This document shows, in pieces, positions 32,153 to 43,130 of a stretch of 64,000 nt of DNA (positions are counted from its first letter, which is position 1; each line of letters starts with the position of its first letter). The stretch is from an uncultured Clostridium sp. Its GTDB lineage: Bacteria > Bacillota > Clostridia > TANB77 > CAG-508. Position numbers and translations under genes: made by a program. Under the pieces are notes generated by a model. It made no database searches, was not told where the DNA came from, and saw only the letters and a list, made by a program, of their open reading frames with translations. Location: assembly GCA_947575745.1 (NCBI GenBank), contig CANPOS010000005.1, positions 1,235-65,234 on the forward strand. Reading direction: 5' to 3'.

Positions 32153-33007
32153 TTATTTAGACGTTTTAGGTTTTGTTTTTGGTTGGTGTTTTATTAAAAA
32201 AATAGAAAAAATTAATGTTATTATTAAAAATATTCCTGAAATTCCTAGTATTCCTATTCCAAAATTATTATAATTGCTTTCTTTATTTACTACTCCTACT
32301 ATTTCATTTGTTTCTATATTATTTTTTATTTCTCCTTTTTGCTCTTCTGAAATTGAATTTTCTTTCTTACCTTCTGTTTGATAGTTAATAGTATTAGGTA
32401 TTTTCTCTGAGTTTTTTATTTGTTTTTTATTTAATAAAACTTTAATTCCTATAATAAGAGTTATTACAAACATACCTAAGTTAGTTATTAGTATTTTTAA
32501 AGTATTTACTGTTTTATAATATCGCCATTTTACTGTTCCTACTGGCTCATTTATTAGTTTTGATATTTCATTAAAGGTTAATTTTGCTAATATTTTTAGT
32601 GAGATTATTTCTTTTTCCCTTTCGGTTAAACCATTTATCAATTTGTTATATACTTCCTCATCTATTATGCTATCTATTTCCGCATTATTATTTTCTATTT
32701 CATATATTTTTTCTAAATTTATAGTATCTTTTTTCTTTCTAATTAGAGCTATTGTTTCATTTCTTGTTAATGTATATAGCCAACTTGCTTCGTTCTTTGT
32801 TGGGAGTTTTTCTTTTTCTATTGAGTATATTTTTGTAAATACTGTTTGCATTACATCTTCTGCTTCTGTTTTATTTTTTAATATACTAGACGCTATGCCA
32901 TATACTAATTTATTATATTTTGAGTATAATTCTTCAAAGGCTTTTTTGTTGCCTTTCTTCAGTTCTATAAATATTAGTTTTAGTTCTTTTTCATTTATTT
33001 TGTTCAT
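32153..33007 (-). CDS. ECF-type sigma-70 family factor fused to a C-terminal transmembrane extension
   Basis: ORF 32153..33007. Region 2-like FEELYSKYNKLVYGIASSIL...EDVMQTVF. Region 4 HTH LTFNEISKLINEPVGTVKWRYYK. A TM helix and a second hydrophobic segment follow near the end. Confidence 0.75.
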   Translation of the reverse strand: MNKINEKELKLIFIELKKGNKKAFEELYSKYNKLVYGIASSILKNKTEAEDVMQTVFTKIYSIEKEKLPTKNEASWLYTLTRNETIALIRKKKDTINLEKIYEIENNNAEIDSIIDEEVYNKLINGLTEREKEIISLKILAKLTFNEISKLINEPVGTVKWRYYKTVNTLKILITNLGMFVITLIIGIKVLLNKKQIKNSEKIPNTINYQTEGKKENSISEEQKGEIKNNIETNEIVGVVNKESNYNNFGIGILGISGIFLIITLIFSIFLIKHQPKTKPKTSK

Positions 33008-33026
33008 TTTATTTTCCTTTTAATGA

Positions 33027-34127
33027 TTATTGAAATTTTGTTATATCGCTTATTTTTGCTGCAAAGTATGGAGTAGCTTTTCCTTTTTCTTTTAAGAATA
33101 TTGCAAATGTATCGTCTATACGAAATTCTCTATTTGCATATGGCAACCCCATTTCTTGATTCATCATACCTGCTTCACTTTTTATTTTTCCTCCTGTTCT
33201 GTCTAGTTCAAATTGTATTGTTTGCATTGCTTTTTCTATATAGCAATTAGCTCCATTAGAAAAAGAAAAGGGGTTATTTTCTATTTCTTTAAATTCTACT
33301 TTTTCACTAATACTTAAATTTGGTATTTGTACTATTTCTCCCTCTTTTACTTTACTATCTTCTATAATTCCTATTATACCTTCGGTTTTCGTATATTGCT
33401 TAGCGTCGATTTTTTGATAAATTTCATTAAAAGTCTTTCCTTCTGGATTTTTACAAAGTATTACTTCTTCTTTTTCTTTTGTTTCTAGTTTTATTGCAAA
33501 GTCGTCTTCTGTGTTATAGTATAATACTTCTATTTGTCCTCTTAAAGCACTGTTTTCCCCATGTTCAGGTATTCCAAAGTAACTTATATCTTCATAGTCT
33601 TTAAATTTTCCTGTACCTAAATCTTTAAATGCTTTTTCAAATTGAAATTCTTTTTTTAGCATTGAATATAGGAAATAATCATTATCTCCATTTCTTTCCC
33701 AATCAAAATCATTTAATATATTACTTGTTTCATTAAATTTCTCTATTATTTCTTTTTCTATCTTATTTTTTAGCTCTATTGTTGGTTTTCCATATATTTT
33801 ATAGTAGTCACTTTCTGATAAATTTTCTGCTGTAAATGTTTCTTTGTTTAAATTCTCTACTACTTTTAATTGTGGTGTAAATACTATATCTTGTTTTGCT
33901 AAGTCATTTTTTAGGTCATTCCATATTAATTGAAATGTCCCACACCATATTGCGTTATCTGTTACTTCGTCTTCTAACGTCATTAGTTTTACTATTCCTT
34001 CTGTGTTAGTTAATTCTTTGAAAGTCCTTGAGTATTTTTCGTTATTTGTTGTTTTATAGTAGATAAAAATTATTGCACTAATAGCTATTACTGTAATTAA
34101 AATTCCTACTATTATTTTTTTCTTCAT
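33027..34127 (-). CDS. Membrane-anchored serpin-like protein, paralog 2
   Basis: ORF 33027..34127. Long stretches are nearly identical to paralog 1 at the DNA level, e.g. about 78 bp identical around 31190..31267 and 33163..33240. It diverges in the putative reactive-centre loop (SEAGMMNQEMGLPYANREF). Confidence 0.45.
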   Translation of the reverse strand: MKKKIIVGILITVIAISAIIFIYYKTTNNEKYSRTFKELTNTEGIVKLMTLEDEVTDNAIWCGTFQLIWNDLKNDLAKQDIVFTPQLKVVENLNKETFTAENLSESDYYKIYGKPTIELKNKIEKEIIEKFNETSNILNDFDWERNGDNDYFLYSMLKKEFQFEKAFKDLGTGKFKDYEDISYFGIPEHGENSALRGQIEVLYYNTEDDFAIKLETKEKEEVILCKNPEGKTFNEIYQKIDAKQYTKTEGIIGIIEDSKVKEGEIVQIPNLSISEKVEFKEIENNPFSFSNGANCYIEKAMQTIQFELDRTGGKIKSEAGMMNQEMGLPYANREFRIDDTFAIFLKEKGKATPYFAAKISDITKFQ

Positions 34128-34213
34128 ATACCTTACCTTTTAACCTTTCTATTTTATTTTATATCATATATTAGGAAAAAAATAAAGATTAGGTTTTGCC
34201 CTAATCTTTATTA

Positions 34214-36164
34214 CTATATTTCTCCAAACAATTCGTCAAACTTTGCCTCTAGTTCTGCTTGTAAGTCTACTTCGTTTTCTACCTTTTCTTGTTCTTGTTT
34301 TGGTTCTTCTTTCACTTCTTCTTGTGGAAGCAATGGTGCTTCTTCTTTCTTTTCTTCTTCAAATAATTCATCTAGGCTTTCTACTTTTAAGTCCTGTCCT
34401 CCACCTTTTTTCTGGTCTTCTGGTACATAAGGATTGTATGGGTTATATTTTCTCCATTCTCCTCTATCCAAATCTCTTGGCTCATTATGGCTTAAAGTTA
34501 CTTCTGCAAGCTTCTTTGCTTCTGGCTTTGTAAAGTAATAATATTTTTTTGCTTTTACTGGTTTTACCCCTTTTTCAAATATTATACAATAGTCATTATC
34601 AAATCTTCTAAGCTCATCTGGTGTTAATAGTGCTCTTGCATTTATTTGATCTGATACTGATTTTCCTTGCATCCAGTTTTGTCTGTCTTTATTTACTGAT
34701 ATGCTATCTCTCGAAACTGTTTTTTCGCCTAGTGCTTTTGAGAAATATTCTACTGTTTTTTGTGAGTTACTTCCTAAAAATACATGTGTATCACAGTTTC
34801 CGGATTATTGTTTCATATGATTTTTCATATACTGCTTCTAGCTGATCTAAGTTCTGTAATATTACGCTAAACTGTATTTTTCTACTTCTACTTGTTGATA
34901 TTTTCTTGTCAAAGTCTGGCACTTTTCCTATATTTGCAAACTCGTCTAGTATAAAGTATGTTGGCATTGGTAGTTTACCACCTTGTAAGTCTGCAAAATC
35001 ATATAATTGTTGTATCATTTGTGCGAAGAATATTGTTAATAAAAAGTCATATGCTGTATGTGTGTCTGAAGATATAACATATACTGCTGTTTTCTTTTTT
35101 CCTATTTCTTCAAAATCTATTGTATCTGTTGATGTCAATTCTGCTATCTCTTTTGAATCGAATTTACCAAGTTTTGATTGTAATGAGCTTAGGATTGATC
35201 CATATGTTTTTTCTGGTGCTATTTCTATTGATTTATAGTACATTCTTGCTGGGTGATCATATGGAAGTTGACTCATAAGTTCTGATAGTAAGTTATTTCC
35301 ACCATTAGTATTTGCTGCTCTAACAAGTTCTGCACAACTGGCTAAGTTTTGTTCTTCTTCTGGTCTTGTTGCTATTAAATAGTATATTAAAGCCTTTAAT
35401 AGCATTTCTGCCATGTCGTCCCAATATGGATCTGAATTTCCTGCTTCTGATTTTTGCCCTTTTACTATTGTATTTGCAATTACGTCTACATCTAATTCTG
35501 ATGATATATGCATTAAAGGGTTATATCCATCACTATTTTGTGGCCTTACTAAGTTTAATACTTTGATTTCATATCCATTTTTTTGTAAAAATCCGGCTGT
35601 TTTATCATATAGTTCTCCCTTTGGATCAGTAAATACATATGAACCTAACATCTGATAAGCATTTGGTATTGAGAAAGATGCTGATTTACCAGATCCTGAT
35701 CCGTCCAACTACTAATACATTTACGTTTCCTCTTTTATCTACTGGTAAGTAATTATTTTCTGCAAGTATTATTCCTTTACTTCTGCTTAATACTTTATAT
35801 TGTTCTCCGTGATCTCGCCCAGTCACTTGAGCCTTGCTCTATATCTGAATATTCATTTTTTGGTGCTGTTTTTACAAATCCTACAAACATAAATATTGCA
35901 TATACTATTGTAAATTTCCATAATAAGCTAAAAAACTCTTTTGCATAGCTTTCAAATGTTCCGTAATACTTCTCCAAAGTTTGAAAATGTAGTTCCAAGC
36001 TCTGTTATAAATTGTCCGAAATTAAAAACGCCATCTATTGTTGCTTGTTTTTGTGCATAAGCCATTGGCGCAATAAGTACTATGGCCATAAATAGCCATA
36101 GTACAAAGAAAATTATAAATCTATTTTTGTTTCTTCTTATAGCTCCTTGTATTTTATAGTGCAT
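34214..36164 (-). CDS. Type IV secretion coupling protein (VirD4/TraG family), with four CGG +1 breaks
   Basis: Track pieces 35952..36173, 35795..35998, 34791..35708 and 34214..34672. Skipping the C at 35961, 35807, 35701 and 34800 gives one protein. It has two N-terminal TM helices, Walker A VVG-GSGSGKSASF, Walker B YFILDEFANIG, and ETII-GNCDTHVFLGSNSQKT. Length is 3n+1. Confidence 0.85.
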
Positions 36165-36186
36165 ATATTCCACCTACTCTTTTGTT

Positions 36187-36441
36187 CTATCTTTCTTCCT
36201 GAGATACCTTAGCAACTGTCTTTTCTGTATTATGTACTGGTATTACCATTGTTCCGTCTTCTCTTTGATTGATTCCTAATACATTTAATTTTTTAATAAT
36301 GTCTTCTCCTACTGTTATCTCATATCCCTTCTCATTTGATTTTAGCTCTGTTCCAGCAATTCTCAATCTGTTACCTACTGGAGATTCAAACACTCCATTT
36401 CTCATAGCTTCTTGAATTCTCTTTTTATCAGCCATTTTCAA
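36187..36441 (-). CDS. Hypothetical protein (84 aa)
   Basis: ORF 36187..36441, directly upstream of the coupling protein gene. Confidence 0.45.
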   Translation of the reverse strand: MKMADKKRIQEAMRNGVFESPVGNRLRIAGTELKSNEKGYEITVGEDIIKKLNVLGINQREDGTMVIPVHNTEKTVAKVSQEER

Positions 36442-36445
36442 CCTC

Positions 36446-36961
36446 CTAGTTTTCTCTTATTTCGAATGCGAAATAAGATTTATATGGTTTTAATTTACAT
36501 TTTCCTTTTACTTCATTTGTTTTTTCATCAAAATATAGCCTTGGCTTTACTTCCTCTGCTGTTTCTGGATCTATAATTGTTATGTCCCTATCTAAATTAG
36601 GGGTATATTTAACTTCTTTATATTCATTTTCTTCTTTTGAATATAAAGTGTCAAATTTGAATGGTACTGGTTTTCTACTGATTTTTACTTCATCATTTTG
36701 TAGTACTCCCATGTTAATTACTACTCTCTCTTTTCCAAATGAAAATATTGCTAATTGATTTCCCTCTGGATATAAATTGTCTACGAAATATGTTTTTCTA
36801 GTTGAATCTCCTCTTATTTCTGATGTGAAGTCTAATCTTTCTACTGTGTATTTAGGATATTCATTTAAAAATTCTTTCTTGGTTTTGTGTATTTGATATA
36901 TTACTGTATTTACTCCTTTAGGATCTGTTATGCTAAAATGTTTTCCTTGTATTATATCCAT
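36446..36961 (-). CDS. Hypothetical protein (~171 aa)
   Basis: ORF 36446..36979. Likely start MDIIQGKHFS at 36961 after aaagaggtg. Confidence 0.45.
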   Translation of the reverse strand: MDIIQGKHFSITDPKGVNTVIYQIHKTKKEFLNEYPKYTVERLDFTSEIRGDSTRKTYFVDNLYPEGNQLAIFSFGKERVVINMGVLQNDEVKISRKPVPFKFDTLYSKEENEYKEVKYTPNLDRDITIIDPETAEEVKPRLYFDEKTNEVKGKCKLKPYKSYFAFEIREN

Positions 36962-37129
36962 TTTTGCACCTCTTTCCAAATTTATACTAGTTTATCTTTT
37001 GTTTCTACTAATTACTGTAAATTAACAACAAATCTCATAAAGTCAAAATTTTGTAAAATTCACATAATTTTTTACACTATAATAAATTATACATCATTTT
37101 TATGTAATTGTCAAGCCCAAATCACCCAT

Positions 37130-38027
37130 TTATCTAGGGTTAAAGGTTGATATCTCTTTTAATTTTTGATACATTCTAGTTTCTTCTTGTGTTAGGTTCT
37201 TAGGTACCATTATTTTTACTTCTGCCACTAAATCTCCTCTTCCACCTTTGCCGTCTTTATATCCTTTTCCTTGTATTTTTATCTTGTCCCCACTTTGGAT
37301 ACCTTTTTGTATGTAAACTGTTTCTGTACTGTCTATTCCTTCAATAGAAATTCTTTCTCCAAGAGCCGCCTCCCAAGGTGTTAAATTTAAACTTGTATAA
37401 ATATTACAGCCTTCTAGCCTAAATTTGTTATCTTTGTCTATATTTATCTTAATTAGAAGATCTCCATTTTTTCCACCATTTTCTCCGTTTTTTCCCTGTC
37501 CTATTAATCTTATTTTTTCGTCATTTCTAATTCCTGCTGGGATTTTTACAGCAAATGTTTTCATTTTACCGATCTATTGCACGTAAAGATACCTTTTTTG
37601 TACCTCCAAAAAAGGCTTCTTCTATATTTACATTTATTGCTGTTTCTATGTTTTCTCCTTTTATTTGTGTTTTAACTTTTCCTTTTTTTGGCTTTTCTTC
37701 TTGTTCTTTTTTTGCTCCAAAAAACATATTTATCACTTCTCCAAAAACTGTATCACTTTGATTAATATTTCTTGCGTTCTGTTCTCTATTTCTTTTCTTT
37801 CCAATATTACTATTCCAACTTCTATCATATTTTCTTTTACTTGCTGGATTTGACAATTTTCTATACGCCTCATTTATGTCTTTAAATCTTTCTTCTGCAA
37901 TTCCAGAACCTTCATTTAAATCTGGATGGTATTTTTTTGCTTGTTCTCTAAACGCAATTTTTATTTCTTCTATTGATACTCTGTTTGTTTCAAATCCTAG
38001 TATCTTATAATAATCCTTAAATATCAT
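37130..38027 (-). CDS. DnaJ/CbpA-like co-chaperone (J domain plus C-terminal substrate-binding domains), with one CGG +1 break
   Basis: Track pieces 37566..38027 (J domain: DYYKILGFE...KKYHPDLN) and 37130..37564. The upstream piece ends ...LRAIDR*. Skipping the C at 37569..37571 gives LRAID-GKMKTFAVKIPAGIRNDEKIRLIGQGKNG. Length is 3n+1. Confidence 0.8.
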
Positions 38028-38077
38028 TTAACATCCTTCCTTTATGGGAAACTTATTTTTCAAACAATTGCATTATA

Positions 38078-39130
38078 TCATGATTCTATCGCCAATTCAA
38101 TCAATTTATCCAATAATTTACTATATTTTATTCCTACACTTTCAAATAGCTTTGGATACATGCTTATTTGAGTAAATCCTGGTAAAGTATTTATCTCATT
38201 TAGAATTATTTTTCCTGTTCCTTCTTCTACAAAAAAGTCTACTCTTGATAAGCCTTTTCCATCTATTGCTTTAAAAGCTTTTATTGCTAATTTTCTTATT
38301 TCTTCTTCTGTTTCTGATGGTATTTCTGCTGGTATCAAGGTTTTAGATTCTTGATTTTTATATTTCGCATCGAAACTATAAAACTCTTCTGCTGCTTTTA
38401 TTTCTCCTACTCTAGATGTTATGACTTCTTCATTTCCAAGTACTGCACATTCTACTTCATGTCCTATTATTCCTTTTTCTATTAATATTTTTTTGTCGAA
38501 TTTCCCTGCAACTTCTATTGCCTTTTTTAGTTCTTCTTTATTTTCGGCTTTTGTTACTCCAACACTTGAACCTGAATTTGAAGGCTTTATGAACATTGGA
38601 TATGGTAAACTTTGTTCTATTTTTTCTGCTATTTCTTCTATATCACATATTGTTTCATTGAAATTTTTGTCTATATATATGTATTTATCCTTGAATTTTC
38701 TAATATATTCTGATTTTGCTTGACTTATCCCTGCTCTATCTATAATTATTTTTGTATATATTTTATCCATGGCTACACTTGATGCTAATACTTCACAACC
38801 TACATAAGGCTTCTTTATTATTTCAAATAATCCTTGTATCGTTCCATCTTCTCCATATAACCCATGCATTACTGGGAATAAAACGTCTTGCTTTTTTAAT
38901 TCTTCTAAAACGTTTTCTATTTTTTCTAACTCTTGTAGTTTATCACCTATCGTTGCTACCTCTATTTCTTTAACATTTTTTGTGTATTTATACCAAGTTC
39001 CATCTTTATCTATATATAGTGGTGTGATTTCGTATTTTTCCTTATCTAAATTTTTTAGTACTGATGTACCTGATACGACTGATACGTCGTGTTCTGAAGA
39101 CATACCTCCAAATATAACTGCAATTTTCAT
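38078..39130 (-). CDS. ddl: D-alanine--D-alanine ligase
   Basis: ORF 38078..39130. MKIAVIFGGMSSEHDVSVVSG, HGLYGEDGTIQGLFE, ATP-grasp motifs, and LNEINTLPGFT. Confidence 0.93.
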   Translation of the reverse strand: MKIAVIFGGMSSEHDVSVVSGTSVLKNLDKEKYEITPLYIDKDGTWYKYTKNVKEIEVATIGDKLQELEKIENVLEELKKQDVLFPVMHGLYGEDGTIQGLFEIIKKPYVGCEVLASSVAMDKIYTKIIIDRAGISQAKSEYIRKFKDKYIYIDKNFNETICDIEEIAEKIEQSLPYPMFIKPSNSGSSVGVTKAENKEELKKAIEVAGKFDKKILIEKGIIGHEVECAVLGNEEVITSRVGEIKAAEEFYSFDAKYKNQESKTLIPAEIPSETEEEIRKLAIKAFKAIDGKGLSRVDFFVEEGTGKIILNEINTLPGFTQISMYPKLFESVGIKYSKLLDKLIELAIES

Positions 39131-39153
39131 AAAAAATTCCTCCTATTTTTGTT

Positions 39154-39346
39154 ATAATTCACAGCTTTAAAAATTATTAATGTCCTGCAACAGGTAATTA
39201 TTAATAATTTTTCTTGCGTCCCCTTCTTAAGAAAATGTAATTCGCTTACGCTCAAACATTTTCTAAAGTGGTCACCCCAACGTCTATCGAAAAATTATTA
39301 ATTAATCACCTTGCACGGACTTTTAGATCATATAGCTGTGAATTAT
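39154..39346. repeat. Intercistronic structured repeat, family B copy 2
   Basis: Same core as copy 1 (CTTGCGTCCCC, CTTAAGAAAATGT..ACATTTTCTAAAG, GGTCACCCCAACGTCTATCGAAAA). The nested outer stems differ (ataattcacagct/agctgtgaattat; ggtaattattaataattttt/aaaaattattaattaatcacc). Confidence 0.7.
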
Positions 39347-39384
39347 ACTCTTTTAATATTATTATCTTTGAATATTTAATATAA

Positions 39385-40781
39385 TTAATTTCCGATAATT
39401 TCTTTTACAATTTCCTCAAACTTCATAGAATTTGAAGCTTTAATTAATACAAAATCATTTGGCTCTATTATTCCTTTTAATTTTCCTATTGCTTTTTCTT
39501 TTGTATCATAGATAAAGATTTTTTCTTTTTCCATGCCTTGTTTATTTGCTGCTTCTGCAATATATTTTGCAAGTTCTCCTACTGTTATTAATATTTCTGG
39601 CTTATTCTTAGCTACTTCTTCTCCTACTTTTCTATGTATTTCTTCTCCAAATTTTCCTGTTTCTAATATATCTCCAAGTACTGCTATTCTTTTTCCACCT
39701 TTTAGTTCATTTAGGTATTCTATTGCTGCTTTCATTGAGTCATAGCTTGCATTATAACTATCATTTATTATTGTAGAATTATTTATCCCTTTTATTATTT
39801 CCATTCTTCTTTTGGTAAGTTTGAATTCTTTTATTCCGCTCTATTATATCTTCTATCGGTATTTTATTTTCTAGTCCAACACATATTGCACATAAACTAT
39901 TTTGTATAAAGTGCTTTCCTCCAATATCTATTTCTACTTTATATGTTTTTCCTTTTATTTCTACTGTAAATTTACTGCCATATTCGTCAGTATAGATATT
40001 TTCTGCCATTATATCACTTTTGTTTTCTATTCCATATGTTATAATATTCCTTTTTCCTTTATTTTCTAAATACCAATTATGTAACATATCATTGTCATTA
40101 TTTATAATTATCGGTGCTTCTTTTTCCATGCCTTCTAATATTTCTAATTTTGCTTTTAATATGTTTTCTCTCGAGCCTAATTCCCCAATATGTGCTGTTC
40201 CTACATTTGTAATTACTGACATTGTAGGTTTTGCAATATTGGTTAATTTGCTTATTTCTCCTAAATGGTTCATTCCCATTTCTATAACTGCTGCTGTATG
40301 GTCTTTTAATCCTAATATTGTTAATGGCACTCCTATATGATTATTATAGTTTCCTTCTGTTTTTAATGTTTTATATTTTTTTGCCATTATGCTTCCTAAT
40401 ATATCTTTTGTACTAGTTTTTCCAACACTTCCAGTTACACCTATTACTGGTATATTGTATTTTTCTCTTTTACATCTTGCTATTTCTTGCATTGCTTTTA
40501 TTGTGTCTTTAACTTTTATTATTATCTTATCTTTGTATTTTTCTAAAAGGTCTTTACTTATTTCTATATCTTGGACAATTACCGCTTTTGCTTTCATTTC
40601 AAAAGCTGTTTCAAAAAATATACTTCCGATTTACTCTTTCCCCTTGTATTCCAATATATGTATCTCCTTCTTGTATTTCATTTGTATCTTTTTTAAAGTT
40701 TTCTAAAACTTCTTCTTCACTTCCTGATAGTAGCTCCGCATTACATATTTTAAGTATCTCTTTTACTTTTAGTTCTTTCAT
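39385..40781 (-). CDS. murF: UDP-N-acetylmuramoyl-tripeptide--D-alanyl-D-alanine ligase, with two CGG +1 breaks
   Basis: Track pieces 39779..40597 and 39385..39804, plus an unlisted start from ATG 40781 (MKELKVKEILKICNAELLSG). Skipping the C at 40626..40628 gives GERVN-GSIFFETAFEMKAKAVIVQ. Skipping at 39836..39838 gives EDIIE-GIKEFKLTKRRMEIIKGINNSTIINDSYNA. The GVTGSVGKTSTK P-loop is present. Length is 3n+2. Confidence 0.88.
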
Positions 40782-40828
40782 GTTTTAATTTCCTTCCGAT
40801 ATTATAATATTCGTTTTGTGAATATTTT

Positions 40829-42748
40829 TTACCTAATTTCTTCGTTTTCTATATGTTTTTTCTCAATTCTTGAGTTACAATTTTTGTTTCTTGCAACTGG
40901 TTCCATAGTATAGTTTGACATATTTCTAACTCTTGATTTGAACTCACTTCTTTGCATTCTTGTTTCTAATCTTTTTCCTGATGCTTCTTGTCTTCTATTA
41001 AATAGATATGCTCTTATTCTGTCTATTGGTTTTCTTATTGCTAATTCTGCTTTGCTTCTTTCCTCTGCAATTTCAAATTCTATTTCTTGGACATTTTCTG
41101 CTGGTACTATTTGCCCTTTTTCTATCATATATAATTTTACTCCATTTACTCCTCTAATCCTGATAATTCTATCTGAAATCTGAATTATTGCATTTGGGTC
41201 TGCCTTTTCTGTTTCTTCTTTTAATTTTGAAAAGTTACTTATTATATCCTCAAATTCTTCATCCATTGTTAGAGTAAATTCAAATTGTTCTCTTTTATTA
41301 CTAGCCTTTTCTAGCTTTTTCTCTATTGGCGAATACATTGTTGCTACCATTTCTCCATCTTTTAAGTATATTGTTCTTTCTGCTTCTTCTGTCTTAACTT
41401 TTTGAATTGAATATCTATATATATCATCTATTTCTCCATTTGCACACAAGTCAGATATAAGCCATGATATTGCTTCTGGATGCTCTGGGTTCATTTCACT
41501 TGCTAATACTTTCATTAATCCATCTCTGACTTTTACGTCTATTCCCATGGCTTTACTATAATATTCCTTTATTCTACTACTTGATAATCTTCCTTCTTGA
41601 TATTCTCTTACTGCTCCTTGATAAAATTCTGTTAAGTATCTTTCTAACATTTGTTTAAATTCCCTTTGGAATTTAATTGAAGAATATCTTTCTTCGTTCT
41701 TATCTCCTGTGTCTTGTTCCATTAATTCAACTATTTCTTCAAATCTTTGTATTTGTTCATATGAAATTTCTTGACTATCTTGTATTTGTTCAAATTCTTT
41801 TTTGAAATATTTATCAAATATAGTGCTATGTATCATTAGTAGATTTGTTCTTCTGGCATATCCTATATCTTCTAATTGCTCTCTTGCATATTCTAATATA
41901 ATTTCTCCTTCTTTATCTTGTCCCCTTTCTTGAATTGCTAATTTGAATTCTTCGCTCTCTAAAAAGGTTTTAATTCTAGAATCTTCTTTTAATTTTCTTA
42001 AATTTTCTGGATTTATTTCTTTTCCTAGTCTGTTTATTACTCTTGCAAAAAAGCTACTATTTCTCCCTAATGTACATTCTTGATCTCCTAATCTAAGAAA
42101 AAATTCACATTCTCTTTTTGACATTCCTAAAATTCTAGTTACATTTTTTTCTACATTGCCTTTTCCTAGCCTCATTACATTTGTAGTACCAATTGCAACT
42201 TCTAGTAGTTCTATAATTTTTACTAGGTTTTTATATGAATTTGCCTTTAGCCCTGCTATTTTACAAATCCATTCTGTTAATCCTTCGTTAAGTCCTATAG
42301 CTATTTCAGACCCATCTGGTCTTTGTTCAAGAATCCCTGTTCCAATTTTATAACCAATTTGTTTAATTCCTAGTATTTTCCTAATATTGTCTATTGCAAT
42401 TTCAGCTTTATTTCTTGATTTTACTCCTCTTACAAGTATTCCATGTATTGTTTCATGTACACTTGTTCCTTTTATATCTTCGTCATGTTCTACTTCCATT
42501 GGAGTTAATAATTTATCATTTTTCCCTGAAGAGCATATGGTTATCGATCTATCTTCTAAAGCATAATAACCCGAACACTCTTCATTTTTTTCATTGGAAT
42601 AAACGTCTATTACATTTTCTTCGAACTGTCTTGCGACAAAGCCTTTTCCAAATACTTGTACAAATTCTTCACAGCCTTCTAAGTACTCAATTGATATTCG
42701 TTTTATGCTTTCTCTTAGTATTACATTTAATTGTCTCTCGCTTTTCAT
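40829..42748 (-). CDS. Hypothetical protein (639 aa) with an HExxH motif
   Basis: ORF 40829..42748. The VHETIHG motif suggests a possible metallopeptidase fold. Otherwise unrecognised. Confidence 0.55.
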   Translation of the reverse strand: MKSERQLNVILRESIKRISIEYLEGCEEFVQVFGKGFVARQFEENVIDVYSNEKNEECSGYYALEDRSITICSSGKNDKLLTPMEVEHDEDIKGTSVHETIHGILVRGVKSRNKAEIAIDNIRKILGIKQIGYKIGTGILEQRPDGSEIAIGLNEGLTEWICKIAGLKANSYKNLVKIIELLEVAIGTTNVMRLGKGNVEKNVTRILGMSKRECEFFLRLGDQECTLGRNSSFFARVINRLGKEINPENLRKLKEDSRIKTFLESEEFKLAIQERGQDKEGEIILEYAREQLEDIGYARRTNLLMIHSTIFDKYFKKEFEQIQDSQEISYEQIQRFEEIVELMEQDTGDKNEERYSSIKFQREFKQMLERYLTEFYQGAVREYQEGRLSSSRIKEYYSKAMGIDVKVRDGLMKVLASEMNPEHPEAISWLISDLCANGEIDDIYRYSIQKVKTEEAERTIYLKDGEMVATMYSPIEKKLEKASNKREQFEFTLTMDEEFEDIISNFSKLKEETEKADPNAIIQISDRIIRIRGVNGVKLYMIEKGQIVPAENVQEIEFEIAEERSKAELAIRKPIDRIRAYLFNRRQEASGKRLETRMQRSEFKSRVRNMSNYTMEPVARNKNCNSRIEKKHIENEEIR

Positions 42749-42759
42749 AAACTTACTCC

Positions 42760-42972
42760 CTATTTATATATAATATCACTCTCTTGTGTTTCATACATAT
42801 TTTTAAAATGTTCAAGTAAATGATTATCTTCCACTTGTTTTATAGAGTTTTCCAAAACTTCGTAATATTTTATTGAATTATCTTTTATAATTACTTTTAT
42901 ATAATATTTTCCATTATGTTTTATTTTTAACATTATCTTTTCGCCTTTTTGTAATAGCTTTTCTATTTCCAT
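42760..42972 (-). CDS. Hypothetical small protein (70 aa)
   Basis: ORF 42760..42972, immediately upstream of and co-directional with ORF 40829..42748. Confidence 0.4.
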   Translation of the reverse strand: MEIEKLLQKGEKIMLKIKHNGKYYIKVIIKDNSIKYYEVLENSIKQVEDNHLLEHFKNMYETQESDIIYK

Positions 42973-43130
42973 TTTTCCACTCTCTTTCGCATTTTTTAGT
43001 TTATCACAGTTTTTATAATTTTTCTATATATATTGATAAAGTTTGAATGAAAATTTCTGTAAGCAAATTGTTAATAATTTTTCCTATGTAATAAAAAATA
43101 GCGGATATTCCGCTATTTTTTTATTGCTAT

